From the NCBI RefSeq assembly GCF_000143415.4, contig NW_003314270.1, forward strand, positions 186,001 through 250,000: DNA of 64,000 nt. The letters run 5' to 3'. The translations under genes were made by a program, and so were the position numbers. This stretch comes from Selaginella moellendorffii. Its lineage: Eukaryota; Plantae; Lycopodiophyta. Within the stretch, counting starts at the first letter, position 1, and every line of letters begins with the position of its first letter. The notes under the pieces were generated by a model. That model had not been told where the DNA came from and ran no database searches. It saw nothing but the letters and a program-made list of their open reading frames with translations. Below are positions 36,201 to 50,444 of the stretch, in pieces.

Positions 36201-39200
36201 GGTAGAGGAGTTCCTCCGGAGTGTGATCAACAATCGACAGTCCAAGCTCGGCCAGTTCTATTGACGTGTGGAACTGGTTCTCCGCTTGGCTAGTTTGAGT
36301 TCGCTCGGGAAGCTGAGTGGAGGATGATGACACAGGAACAATACTCATGTCCTCGGGTCTTGTGATCGAATTGGTCACGGAAACCAGGTGAATGGCACCA
36401 TCACGATGAACCTTAACTTGCAAAACCGGACCCGGACTACTCGAAGTAATAAGCTGATGAGTTCTGGCTTCATCAATTTTGTACGTCTGTGATGAATGCG
36501 GATCCGCTCCCTCGACGTTGATCTCCAGCATGCGAGGGAGATCAAGATCCTCCCATGCAAACGTATCACAGCTCCCGGCTGGTAGATGTTGCCAGGATTC
36601 AGAAGATGTACCTTCCTGTCGATAGTTGATTGAGACTGTGGACTTGTTCTCAATCCTGGGAAAGCAATGTAAATAGAGGAAGTTTTGACAGTAGAAAGGC
36701 TATACCTGTATGGCCCATGAATTGAAGCGTATCGAAAAATGACCAGCTGCGAGGCATGCCTAGATCCGCTTCGCACCTCTATGCGAATATAGAGTTTGGA
36801 GCTGCCGTTTGTACTTGTTAGTTTCAAGTGTGTTGTTCCAATAGTCTCAATGTTGAAGGGCGGGCTCCATTTGTAGCCCTCGAGATAGACCTGCATTTTA
36901 AATTCAGTACAAAGCTTGAAAAGTGTGACCTTTCTGTGTTGGCATACCTTGAGAAGTTCAGGCTCATCACTTGTGCGCCACACAAATGTTTTCGGCGTTT
37001 GATTGGGATATAGAAAGTCTTGAGCTTGTATATCACCTTGACGAATCTGTAGCCTTTTGCCAAGCCTGTTGATGAACACTGAATGAGGCTGAAAACGGAC
37101 AACCTGCACATATTTAAAGCCGTGAGAAAACTTCAACGGATTTTCCGTCTAAACGAACCTTGGTTCTCTCAGATGATAGATCCAAAGTGGTTGTCAGCTT
37201 TACATATCCACCGTTTGAATCGTATGCCTTCACAACTATGAGATCCTTCTGAAAACAGTCCAAATGCATTTATAAGAGAAAAAAACAGAGAAGAAGAAAC
37301 TACTTACATTATCCTCCAATTCTCTGAACGAAAAGCCGTATTTGAAGTTGTCGCTGTCTGCAGCAGACACAGCTAGCCCAATACGAGGCGAAAGCACGTC
37401 CTCCACTCGAGGAGCATTCGGGAGTGGACCTAGTCGGTCCAGTTGAGCGTGAGGCGAAAGCATGAGCGGGGCAGGAGAGCTTTCTATGACATCAAGAACG
37501 CGAGTAACGGGCAGCATCCTTGCTTTTCTTGCAGGTGTAGCCAGTTTAGAATTCCTCGTGCCCTTCGGTGTAGAAAGAGGCTCCGAGCTTTCGACTTCAA
37601 CCACTCTATAGGCCAGTGGTAACCCGGTATCGTTGGATATCCAGTATGGCACGAGCAAACGCACGGTTTTAGCAGCCAGAAGTGAGCTTCCAAAGTCATA
37701 CTCCAGGCTTACGCGTAGCCTCCTGCAGGATACCATTGTTTAGAACACACGCTATAAAATCCTGACGCACCTGTTGCTAGCATGATGCACCATCCAGAAC
37801 CCAAGAGGAAGGTCTTCAGACTTTGGATCAAAAATAAGGACGCCTTCCTGCAAGCAAGGCAAGCTTATTTCGAAAATAAGACTTAAGAACATAGAAAACG
37901 TACCTTCTCTGGTCTCCAGCCACCTTGTGGCAGCCACGTTAAGAAGATCTGCCTCCTTATATCCGCAGCGTAGACACAAACAGAGTCACCGGCTGAAGCT
38001 ATCCCATGCTGCCGTTTGACCGGCCTGGCCTCATTTATCTTCTCCCAGATTATGTACTCTGCGTTGCAAGGCAGAAGGTTTTCCAGCCGCAAGGGTGCGT
38101 TCACTGATAATCTCCAGTCGTAAATTTGAGTGTTTAAGTCGCCAGACAGGATAGTAGCATCCGCTTCCATGCTGAGCCAGCAATGGCCTTTTGAGCTTGT
38201 CATATCAGCCGTGACGCATAGTAGCAGCTGTTCTCTTTTCTCAAGGTGGCCCAACGTGAAATCCTGTGAGGAGATGTTGCTTTTACTCTGCTTGATAGAC
38301 TTTCTTGGCGTGGATGAGTTCGCAGCAATGGGATTTGGATCGCTTATTAACCGACCCCACAGATAACTTCCGCATGTGTCTGTCACCGGACGAACTTGAG
38401 CACAGTAATCTGCCTGACGAGCAGTGCTTGCAAGAGGCAGCTGGATGGACGACCCCGGTTGTATCACTCCCACCACCTCTCTTTTGTGCGCCTTCTTGTT
38501 GTCTGGCACACGTTGTCTAGTGCGGATCCAACGTCGTCGTCGAACAAAATCGAAAGTGGACTTCCTCGATGCCTTAGAAGAAACTGGCAGCGTCCTTAAG
38601 CTCTGGAAGTCCGGACCGTAGAACCAGCCGTCTTGATCTACGTTTCCAGAAAGATCCACTGTCCAGTCTGAAGTCCAAATCCAGCCCGGCGGCAACTGAA
38701 CCTTTAGTATTTCCTACAAGAGGATACACTCAAGTCAGTTCAAGCAATTCTACAAATGATCGACTTTGTACCTGAGATGATTGAGTAAAATCTCGCGTAC
38801 TCCACCGTCCGGGATCGGTCGGAATAAGATGTCCCGGCCATTTGCTTCCCCACCCTGCTAAAGGTTGATATCTTTGGTTCTCAAAGCATTCTTCGTCAAC
38901 ACGAGTAGAATTGTCTAAAGATGTAGCGCCACCATCTGTGTCATTCGGCGTATGGAGCAGAGAATATGGGCATATAGCCACTTCCAACGCCATGTCTGTG
39001 TTGTTTGCGACGATAACCAAACTCCGAAACGTAGCATGCTTTCGACCCTGATCCATCGTTACGTCCACAGCAACTTGTTGCTCACCAACTGTTTTGGGAA
39101 TTGTTGCTAATGGTAGCACGCACCGCAAGCTTTCCCAAGGACCATCAGAACGGCACGAAAACAGCAGGCCATAGTCTTTCGTCGGCAGTTTCTCATCCTT

Positions 39201-42200
39201 GTCACGTCGCCAATCTGGTGCAGTAGAGAAGAAGTAAAGCTGAACAGCTATGTTGCCACACTCTTGAGACTGCAGCTCTGCAATGTTTCCCTGCACAGCC
39301 AACCATTAGCTAAACTAGCATTGCAAATGTCAGCTGTATATACCCGCTTTCGAGGCGGTCTCAAGGAGAGAATTTTGGCTTGAGCAGCTGGCCAGGATTC
39401 TTGACTAATCGACTGCCTGACCATTTTCCACAACGTCGAAGGTTGAGATACTTTATGACTCGCTTCTTCTTTCACAGGAAGTGAGAGAATACCGACTGCC
39501 TCTCCTGCAAAGAGTAATAAAACATATGGAACTTCAAGTAACAAAGAAGAAAGTACCTTTTCCACTTCTAGCAGCTTGATTGGTAATAACCACTTCCAAA
39601 TTCACAGACCCCTGTGTGCTAAACAATCAATACTGTAAAGAAACAGTAATGAAATTACTTACCTGTGACGGAACTTCAAAAATGAAAACTTCATTCCAGC
39701 TTGCTGAAGCCCGGGACAGGGACTGCACGTCATTTGGACGCACGCAACGAGATCTAGCACTTTGTGGGAGCGCTTTCGGATCTTCAGGTAGCTGCTTCGT
39801 AGTCACTAAACGAAGAGCACACAGAAAATCGGGACAATTACCATCATCATTTACCAACAAGCCCTGCATCGACAAGCCGTTAACAATGTAGATAACAAAA
39901 TAATGTAAATTACCTTTGCTTCAAGCACGTGAACTGCGACAAATTGCCGGGATGGTTTTTGAACCCCGCTTGCCAGCTTGTCGGGAAAGCTAGGGGGTGG
40001 CAAAGGAATAATGGACGTTTCTCCTTCTTGCAGCACTTCTACATTCTCAAAGCCGCTTCGGAAAGTTCTCAGGTAGAGCTCAGAAAAGAGCATATTTTGA
40101 ACTACAAGCTTCTCACTGTCATCTTCCTCCAATGCAGCTTTGCCCGTCATTCCTGCTTTGTAATCCGTTTTCTCCTATCATCACAACCATACGCAGTCAG
40201 TGTATGTATTCCATCAAGAAAGAAAAATTATACCGTCCTCATCGCGCTTAGCGCCTCTTGTTCCGACTCGGTTTGCTTTTGCCAGACAGCCATAGCTCCT
40301 ATCAGAGCTTCCAGGCTAGCAGATGTAATATTAATGCTGACCGTGCTGGCTGCGGTGATTCGAACACGTCTACCAATCTTTAACGTTGCATCCGAATCCC
40401 CACCATAGAACTCGTATCTATAGCCAAACACAGAAACAAGCACGGTAAGGTCATGGCTAGAAACTTATAAAAGGTGTCACATACTTCAGAATGCCATCAA
40501 ATGGTTCAATCAGTGGTTCCCAAGCATCAAGGCTCGCGTTGAACGTGGACGCAGCAATCGATGTCAATGCCACGGCATTCAGAGCATCCGGTCGACCATG
40601 GGCTGCTAAGTTGACACCGGTTAAAGTCGCATTAACAAGAGGTGTTGCCTGCAATAACAAAGTTACTAGTGTTTTAAAACAATATATAAAAAACTGCGCA
40701 TACCATGCCAGAAAGATCGTCAACGACAGTAACCGATAAACGTCCAAGTTTCATTTCGGCAGTCAGGTTTTCCCGGACTTTAGGCCGTCCAGTTTCGGCA
40801 AGGAAGTATGCCATCCGCACGAGAGGCTTTTTCAAGTCAGCACGAGCAATGAAAGTGCTAGCCTGCATACAAAAAGTCGTGGAATGAGCCAAAATGATAT
40901 GAGATCTTGAAGATACCTGGTTCTCCACTTTCCACAAGCAGCAGCTGTGACCACCACGGCTGCCTATATAGCTCCACACTGGACGCTTGGAAAGACTTCC
41001 TTGACTCACAAGATCCATACGAACGCACCGGACCATATCAAGTGGAGGATGATCAGGCGTTGTTGTTGCAACACATCCCAAGGCAACATAGCCCGCCGGT
41101 GCGACTGGATACCAGATGTACACATCTTCAAGGCCTCTCCCACAAATGTGAACCTTTTGCTGGAAACGAATGGGTTTACAGAGACGTCCTGTGCCATCAT
41201 CACGTAAAACTAATCCAATGCCTGGTGGCTCGAGCCTGAAAAACAAAAAGAAACGTTCAAACTTCCTCTGTGACTGAAAGACTTCACGTACCCGTCAACG
41301 ATGCTGTCGCCAACAATTGCATACCCGCTGGCTGGGATAGGCCGCCAAATCGAAACCATGCGTCTGGTTTCCGTGCCTTTGTCCCACCAAAGCCTTTCAA
41401 ACTGAGGAGTAGTCAAGGAGTTTCTGCTAGCTCGTGGTGCAGGATGAGGCGTACGTTCCACCACTTTAACTTCGACAGCGTCGTCCGTTCTCTCGGTCGG
41501 ACTACTCAAGTGATTCAGAACTAGGTGACGCAGGTCGCACAACATATCCTTTTGTGGTGGATTAACAGAAGAGCGTGCAAAAAAGGAGCCAATCGTGTTG
41601 TCTACACGCCAAATGCTGCAACCATCCGCATAGTCCCTTCACAGGAAACACAAAAGCTTAGCTTCTTCACCGAAAGAAAGAAACAAGACTCAGCTAAATA
41701 CCTGTCACCAGGAGGAATGCACAGAACGCAGTCTGTGACTGCACTCGATGTCAAAAGGTCCGATCTGACGCAGTGGACAGTATTTAAAGAGGGAGGAAAA
41801 GTTCCTCGCTCGGCCACACAGCCAACGGCTTTGTATCCTGGCGGCGCAACCGGGAGCCAAACACAGCATGGTTCTTCATTGAAAACTGAGTTGCTGGAAT
41901 TCCCATACGAGCTCCAGACAAGGTCGAACTTTAAAGGCTTTTTAACTCGATGGTGAGAATTGAAAACAGCTACAACCCCTTGAGACGGGGGTGCCGTCCT
42001 GCAAATGCAAAAGATCAGTACATAATTTTTTTTCTCGCCACGAAGAATCACTCACCCCGAGGTTACACAATCGCTTAATATCACGTAGCCAGGAGGAACT
42101 TTTGGCCTCCAGAAAGTAACTTCGGGCGAAGAAGTATTCCCTGCGGTGATACGAAAGTTAAGAACAATAATTAATCAAAGACCAGCTTAAACCTGGCTTG

Positions 42201-45200
42201 TTCACCCATATTCGGTCAAAATGGGTGCAACGATGTATGACTCCGCGATCAAGATGGAATCGTGCAACAGCATCACCGTGCAAACGCATTACCAACCGCA
42301 TAACGTTGAAAGAGGGCCGCAAGAAAACGTCTGATGCGGTGACTAGAATATTGGACTTTCCTTGGGCACAGACGTACTCGGCAGAAATATCAAGTGGATC
42401 TAATATCATGACTCCCGAACTGTTTTCTACACTTAGTCCCTTCACAAAACTCCTCACCCATCTGTTTTCACCTTTCAACGCGAACCTGTAAGACTAGCAT
42501 TAGCGCAAGAGGAAAAGAAATAAGCAACTTACATAAGGTTAAAATCCATTTTTGCTCTCAGGAGTTTTTCCTGCCGGGACAATGTTGTAGACGATGGCCA
42601 TTTTGTGCTATCGTAAAATGTCAGTTCCGGTGCTACAATCTGCTAGAAAACATGAGCAAACACGAAAAAGTTCAAGTGCATATACCTGTACATCCAGAAG
42701 AAAGTCCTGGTTGGAGTCCCCATGATCGTCAAGTTTTGGGCTCCCTGGATCTGTTGCTGACCCTTCATCCACTACTGTCGTGATCTTTTCCTCGTTACTT
42801 ACAAATGTGACACCATCTTCTTCATGAAAACTGTAGCTAGCACCACTTGCGAGTTTGATGCACTCGTGAATACGCGCTCCATTCTGCAGATGTGTTGGTA
42901 AAAAAAAGTAGCACAGCACATCTATACCTTGATTTTAACATTTTTGAAACGCAGCTTCTTCCCATGTCCAACAACGATAACAGGTTCTGCGTTGGCACCA
43001 GCATAATCATCTTCAACTTGTAACTCCAGCACCCGGTCACATCCGTCGTATAAAAACTCTTGGATGTGAACTGCATCAGCGATAACTTGACGCTCCGGTG
43101 ATATTATCGACATTGGCTCTTCTTGCCGATAATGAGAACTAACAAGCCTGACGTGCTTTGCTGTTGCGAGGGGATCTTTTTCTTCATCACCAGTTGATGC
43201 CACCGCCGATGGGACAAAAAACTGGCTGACTTCCAAGAGAAAATCCACCACCACCAGCAGCCGAGGTCGTTGCATCCGAATAACAATAGTCTGAGCGTGA
43301 GGCTTCATTCGCAGGTCCATTACTAACATCGTTAGTCGAGTGACAGACTTATGTTCGCTTTCGCTAGGCTGGCCGTCTTTCTCGACATCGGCAATAGAGC
43401 CAAACATCATCCTCATCTCTGCATTCGTGCCAGGCCGGAGATCCACAACCGAGAGCTTTGGTAATGTGACATAAATATCGGTTTCCAGTGTTGATGCGAA
43501 ACGATAACCAAGCCAAAAACCGTGCACCTAGTTTTAGAACCAATCGTCAGTATATGAAATCAAGGAAACGTTTTGTAGAATTACCTCGACACGAGCAAGA
43601 GGGGATTCACGTTCTATACCTTTGAATAGTTCCAGCTCTGCATATAACACATCTACTATAACCCAAACTTTGGTGAAGTATGTCTGAGAATCACGGAAAT
43701 GTTCTTCGAGCTCCACTGATTTGAAATTTGGAGTTTCTTGGTCATCGGATTCGCTCGAAGTCGATTCTCGAAAGTTTGGCGGCACGTCAGGTGGCTCGTT
43801 TATATTCGTTGAAGCACAATCAATAATGACCAGATATTCTCGGTCCGACATTACTCCGCACAAAGTTAGCACCTAGCAACCGCGAAGTAAGCAAGAAAGG
43901 CAAGCACAACGCCGGAATTTTACCTGGACATCAACTTGCACTTCAGGTACTTTCTGAAAAAGATCGCGCAAAGGACGCCTTATGGTCACATGTAGACCTT
44001 GAGCTTCTTGTATCATGGGCTTCCCTGCTTTACCATCAATTCCGACCACCATGTTTACTCCTGAAATCTATGAGGAGGAGTGAATAGGATATATAAAAGA
44101 ACAAAATTCCTCATGCTTACATCCACGTCTAAAACATCGAGATGGACAGCAGAAACTACGTCCCGCGAGCCTCCATGCCATTCAAATGTGTTTGACAGCT
44201 TCAAATGGCCGAGATCAACCTCCATAAACCTGGTGACAAGAATGTTAGAGAAACAACAAGATTAACGGAAAAAATACGGACTCCTTGCTGCTGGAACTGC
44301 GAGGCATAATAATGATCGGTGTATCCATCGATAAATTAAGCCTCAAAGCGGGTGCTCCGTCCATATCAGCTTGCTGCATGATCTTTTCAGTACCACCATC
44401 GACAACTGTGATTATCTGTTGAGTTTGTTGAGTTTGAGGGGAGGCTAGTGCATAGAAATAAGCAGCCACCTGAAGATGGGAAAAAGTAAGAACATCAAGC
44501 TAAAATATATTAGCAGCAAAGATACGAACCTCTTGTATAAATCTGTAAAGAAAAACTACTCGAACCGCAGAAAACTTTCCAACCAAACTATAGTCACAGC
44601 CTTCAAAGTCGTCATCGTCTCTGTTGAAGGATTGAAACTCTATCTATAAAAGAAATGTTATTTTACGACAGACAAGCTGTCTGAAGAAAGTACCTCGACA
44701 AGTGAACCGGAGTCAGGATTTCGAATGTCACAAAGCCAGCCCCATCGGTGTTCAGGGCCAAGCTTCATGTCACAGACCCGCAAGTTTCCCAGATTTCCTG
44801 AGATGGTGAAAGAACCAGGATATACCTGCGTTCAACACATTAAGCCTCTCCAAGCTTATCAAGCACGCACCTTTAAGTCCATTTGAAACTTTTCTTGAGC
44901 CAACATAGCAAGTTGAGATCCGTCTTCCAGATTCAAGAAAATGCGAGTGCTCTCCATATCCATTTTGAGCCCAAACACAACCCTGGACTTTCCTCGTCCT
45001 AGTAATCCTTTAACAAGTTGTCTTTGCTCCACCTCCAGAGAAAGAGCAGCCTGTGATGGTGACTCTTCTGCCTCCATAATTTCACTGAGCTGCATTCCGA
45101 ACTCGATCAACGCGACTATTGTTGGACGATTACAGAAAAAGTCTAAGGTGGCCATCTTCATAATCATCTGCAAAATATGAAGACTTTAGATAAGGAGAGC

Positions 45201-48200
45201 ATACAAAAGTACAGAAACGAATACCTGCGTATCAGTATCAACATATTCGGAAGACTCTGTTTCCCTCAGGACAAGTATCACCTTGACAAAATCAGATGCC
45301 TCTGAACCTTCAGCTTTTTCGGACAACTGATCCAAGCTCCCCCATATCTCAAGGAAGTTGGCCTGGTCAGGCTGCCAGCTTAGAACGAGCTTTTCGGCCT
45401 CTTCAGAAAATCCTCCAAAATCAGGCTGAGCGTCTTTAAACTGTTCATCGTCATCTGGTTTCGGTGCTTCTGGTTCTTGTGGTTCTTCTGCTCCCACAAA
45501 AGTTGTGGACAAAACTGATCGAGCAACATACCGACAGGACTGAGAAACTGATCCCTGGAGCTTATCCTCAATCTTTAAGGAATGTAGCTTCACTGCTATT
45601 TTCATGTCGTACGGCCGCTGCAGCAAATTCACCTGCAACAGTTTTTAAGTTCACATATCTAGAATCCTGTGTTGAGCCAAACTCACCTTACCACCTGATG
45701 CTTGGAGCTCTGCTATGACAATCTCGTCATTTCCCGGCTTACCAATCTATAAACGTTCATTAAGACCTACAAAACTAATGAAGGAACCATACCTTTCCGG
45801 AAACAGAGATGCTTAACTCCTTTAGAGCGCCAGAAACAAATAAAGTGAGTTGTTTTGAAGAATCCAACACCTTTGTACTCGTCTCTTCGGGATTAGACAG
45901 AAGAGAAACTGAAGCCTGAACAGTTAAATAGCTTCATGAAACCATGTAAAAGTGATATGAAAAACTTACGGACGAACGGTAAGTAGCAAGTGTAAGATAC
46001 TTAAACCAAGACGCCTTTGATTCTGTACTTTTCAACTGGAGAACAACTGCGCTCGAAGATTCGATTACCTAGAGCAAGACAAGAACTGTTTGAATTCCAT
46101 CTCTAAAACAAGCATACCTTCTGCAAATCAATACCCCTGTTACAAACCGCAACCACGTTTTCTGAACCATCAATATATTCGGGAGGTATTTCAACTATTT
46201 GTTTGCCATTTAAGCTGTAAAACACAAAAAAAGATTAAGACAAGAACTTTATACACCGCACGACTACTTGCCTACAATAACGTTGATATGTCTTTGAGTC
46301 TTCTGCCTCTAGAACGTACAGGTATGGCCCCGCCAATGTAATCCAACAAGGCTGCCATTCTGCAGTAATATTACCGATTCCCTGCAGAATGAGCGATGCT
46401 TAGACGCTGATGAACGAGGAAAGTAACAATTTACCCCCCACAGAAGCACCCGTGCATCTCCAGATGCCTCTGATGGTTGCCAAGATAAAGCGTTCGGCTG
46501 GGAGCTGGACCGGTCAGCCGACTCCAGAGCGTGCAGAAGATAGAGCAGCCTAAGGTATCTTGCAGGAGAAAAATGGATACCAAGGCGAGGAACTTCAATT
46601 GCTACGCATGTTGAAGGCCAATTCAAATCTTCATATTGAGCCTGGAACATAAAGTCAATAACCACAAACTATGTCGTAACTAGCTTCACCATATGCAGCA
46701 TAATCGACATCCCACAACGGTCAAGTACAGGAAAGATTGAATATGCATTGTCACAAGCATCTGTGGCCAGCGCAGGAAAGTGAGCCCATTCGAAATCCCC
46801 ATCAACAAAGAAAGCCGATATATCCCGTCCAGATACATGAAGTTTAGTGTAGCGCCTTCGTTTCAGGAACTCAACGTCGTCATTCCCCTGAAGAAGGATG
46901 TTGCAAGTTTTAGATGCATCTTATGCACGTACCAGTGTTCGAAGATTAAAATGTCCCAAGTCTACCAACAATTGGCTTTTCTTTCCAATTCCTTCATCTT
47001 TGAGTGCAGGAATTAAAACTTTTGGAGCGTCAAGATCAATATCTATAGAGAACCTGCATGCAAGAAAAAGTCAAGCCAAAAAGAGTAGCATAAACTTTTC
47101 AATACCTTCTCTGTTTCTCTAGTTGAGATAGTATCCGTTCTTGAGCACGCCTCGTTACCTCTTCTAGCTTTGTCTGGCATGCATGCACTGTGAAATGAGT
47201 AACATATATTTTTGCTACGGAGCCTCATACCTGCAAAGCGACAGCAGTTTCCAAAGCCACTGTCGGGCTCATAGCTTGGCCAGATTTCATAAAGTGCATG
47301 ACCCTGTCAAAACTGGATCTCCAAACCTGCACGCATTATGTAAGCTGGGATGAACTTTTTCAACACAAAACGTTACCGTCACATAGCATGATGACATCGC
47401 CACAGACAGCTTCCAATCCAAATGTTCTTCGAAAGGAACATACACAAACGTCAAATCCAACGCTTGTGCTCTTCCCTCTCTACTCACGCTCTGTCAAACC
47501 AAACAGATATTATCATCTTAATACAAGCAAATTCCATTCAGCTTACCGAAATGAGAGGCCCCTCTGGAGATGAAAGGCCATAGTACGTCAACTTAGTGTC
47601 GCAGAAGAACGTTTTCGGGAACAGCTTGAGAGAAACGTTTAAATTGGAGAAAGTCCCACATAATATGACCAAATCGGTGCTGTCTTTTATGCACGCCAAG
47701 CTCTGTTTTATGGTCACGTCGAGCATTGTTTGCAGCATGTTCTGTGGCTCTTGAGTAGAAAGCAGCGGATAGTCTTGCCCCGGTTGATAGCTTAGAAGCT
47801 CGTTAATCTTATTCCATTCTTCCTTTGTAAGTTGCGCTGGGGCCGCTTCCGTTTCAGGGCCTTGGGCAACTGAGGCCCTTGGACCAGCGCCGCTCCTGCA
47901 TAGCAAGCGATTAATGTAAAACAAATGAAAACATATGCCACAATACCCGCCAAATGGCCACCAGGTGCTTTTCCTGGACTTTTCGCGTGCCGCGGCTGCC
48001 TCTTTTAACTTTGCCGTCTCAACTTTTGCATGGGCAAGCATTCTGCAGCCACCACTCCTCCATCAACTAACAGAAAGGATAAACAAACTACCGACCTCCA
48101 AAGTAGAATAACTTCTACGTCTAGCTCCCGGTCGATTTGCCTTATTTCAAAATTGTCAAACTTGCCCTGCTGGAGCCCGCTAACATAAAGATCCACATAT

Positions 48201-49940
48201 TTCTTTCGTAACCCTGATGCTCGAGACAGATTTTCCCAAGAGAAGTTACACCTGCAAACATTTGCTTTAGCATACTCGGTTATTAATCAAAACGAACCTT
48301 GACTTTCTCTGCTGCTGCGTTACTGCACGACCAGCATAGCGCCACCATGCCTTAGCATCTACCAATACGGGTATCATAGGTCTGAAGAGAGAGAACTCCA
48401 TTCGTATCCTGTACCGTGAAACACCCTCCAACAGTTGAATACCATCCCGATATTGATCCTAAAACAGAATGAAAGTTAACCCAAGTGTAGCATTTAGAGA
48501 AACCAACCTCAGACACAGCAATAGACACTTGATCCAAAACAAGAGAAGCCTTCTGAAAAGGTGTTTTAGAATCCCTTTTCTCTCTCTTTCCACACCGGTG
48601 ATACTTCATCAGGCCAGCAACCGGATGAAGCAGGTACTTGTGTTGTATTTTCCCTTTAATACTCGGTTCAAACATCTGAAACCATAATAATTTTAAATGC
48701 TGTTTTCATTGAAGAAAACACAAACCTCGCTCCATTCTTTGGATGTCATCTCATCCCACCGTTTCTCCAGAGTCCACGGCCCAGTATCCGAGTCATGGTA
48801 GATAGAAAAACTATCCAGCTGGAGCGACTGCACAGCAAGCAGGAAAAAAGAAACTGAAGTACACGTTACAAAATTGATCAAAATACCTTGTGAAGCTTGT
48901 CAAGAGCTCCGCTAGTTACGAAGGTTTCTACATCATTCTCGTCAATGGTCACAGCGGCAAGTTTGGCTAAAGTAACGCCAAAACAAAATGGATGGGAGGG
49001 GTTGCTGAAAAATGAAGCCAGTATCAGTACCAGCATTTAGCTTGATAGAGATGAACGCGACCTGAGGGTGTCTTCGTAACGAATATGAAGATTAGTCACG
49101 GAGACTTTAAGATTGCCAATGATCGTCGCAACGAGCGAGCCTAACCAGGACTTACTTTCCGGCGACTGCAAAAAACAGAAAATTTAACACGAAACCTCAA
49201 ACAGCATTTTGCGGCACATACCGCATCATCACCGGATCTTCCTGCCTTCGCATCAAGCAATGCCATCTCCAGCTCCTTAAGACACAAAAAGCGTTTGAGA
49301 ATAAACTTCACAGGCAAGTATGTACTAACCTCAATCTGGCTCCGCTTAGCGTCAAGCCAGGCTTCCATGTTCTCGTTCTGCAACCGCATTTCACGAAAGT
49401 TTCCGTAACGCTTGAAGCTAAAAACCAAATCGTACCTTGAAAAGCTGTTCATCTTCAACAGGTTCCGCCAAAACAAAAACCCGGTCGAGAAGTACAATCA
49501 CCGGATCTTTTCCAAGCTTGTTCCAAGGAATCTAAGAAAAACGAAAGCATAAGAATCGAAGGTACACTTTTCTTGATCAATGCCTTGCCTTCAACGTGAC
49601 AGACCCAAGGAATCCAGCTTTGACAGTGAGAGGAAGCCTCAGAGCATTCAGTGCTTCAGCCTTGAGCTGCAAGTCCTTGAGCACTACATCGCCTGTCCAA
49701 AAAACACCAAACTTTCAACACCTCGCGAGCAAAAAATCTAGCTCTCACCTTTCCACACACTGATCTGGAGCGCCTCCGCTGAGAGACCCCGCACATACTG
49801 GCCCAGGTATCTGCGAAGAAGATACAAGACCTGCAGAAACAAGAAATGGAGAAAATCGCGAGCTCAATCCAGTCCGCCAATGCAATCCATCTCTCCAATC
49901 CCCAAACTAGCGATCGATCACTCACATGAGCCTCAAACAT
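33261..49940 (-). CDS. VPS13: VPS13 bridge-like lipid transfer protein, plant M-type (Chorein-N, Vps62-like repeats, C2, DysF-like, VAB/SHR-BD, ATG_C); many short introns
   Basis: Start MFEAHV...; GFLGSVTLK/IPWNKLGKDP; Vps62-like WRPIPASGYAIVGD and APPGYVSVGCV; ENQRYQPLAGW and DQDGWFYGPDF...[50 protein letters not shown]. Confidence 0.95.
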
Positions 49941-50143
49941 GACGACACCGAGCGCCCAAGCGCATCACTCCTGCCGATCGCAGCGCCTAGCTAGCCCTAG
50001 GCAGCACAAAATTTTCTCCACAGCAAGCAAGTATATGTCAGTGAATATTCGCCATTGCGTGGCAATACGTCTAAAACCTAAGGTTTATATATATTAACGT
50101 TAGGGTTTAAGAGTTGAACAACCCTAATCGTGGCAATTGAAAT

Positions 50144-50253
50144 TTCGCCGATGCGGCTGCGACGATGTGCCCTGGCTCGCGACGAAAATCTTGGCTCTTC
50201 GCCGATGCGGCTGCGACGATGTGCCCTGGCTCGCGACGAAAATCTTGGCTCTT
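50144..50253. repeat. Perfect 54-bp tandem duplication
   Basis: ttcgccgatgcggctgcgacgatgtgccctggctcgcgacgaaaatcttggctc occurs at 50144 and 50198. Confidence 0.95.
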
Positions 50254-50444
50254 TGGCAAAAGTGATTACACGAGCTATCTTGATTGGGAAGAATGGAATC
50301 TCTCACCAAGCGGGACGAGAAAATTTCCACCACCATCATCAAGCTCTAAAGTTATACGGGATATGCCAACATTCCTTTCTCTATAGTCAGGGCTGTGGTG
50401 TATATTTTTATGTGGGGAATAGATTTACATGTATAGGAAAAAAA

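Noticed and set aside
33312-48687. Many plus-strand ORFs across the VPS13 locus
   Set aside because: They are antisense shadows of VPS13 exons with no independent motifs.
50144-50253. Possible CRISPR-like array
   Set aside because: Only two adjacent identical units with no spacers, in a eukaryotic context.
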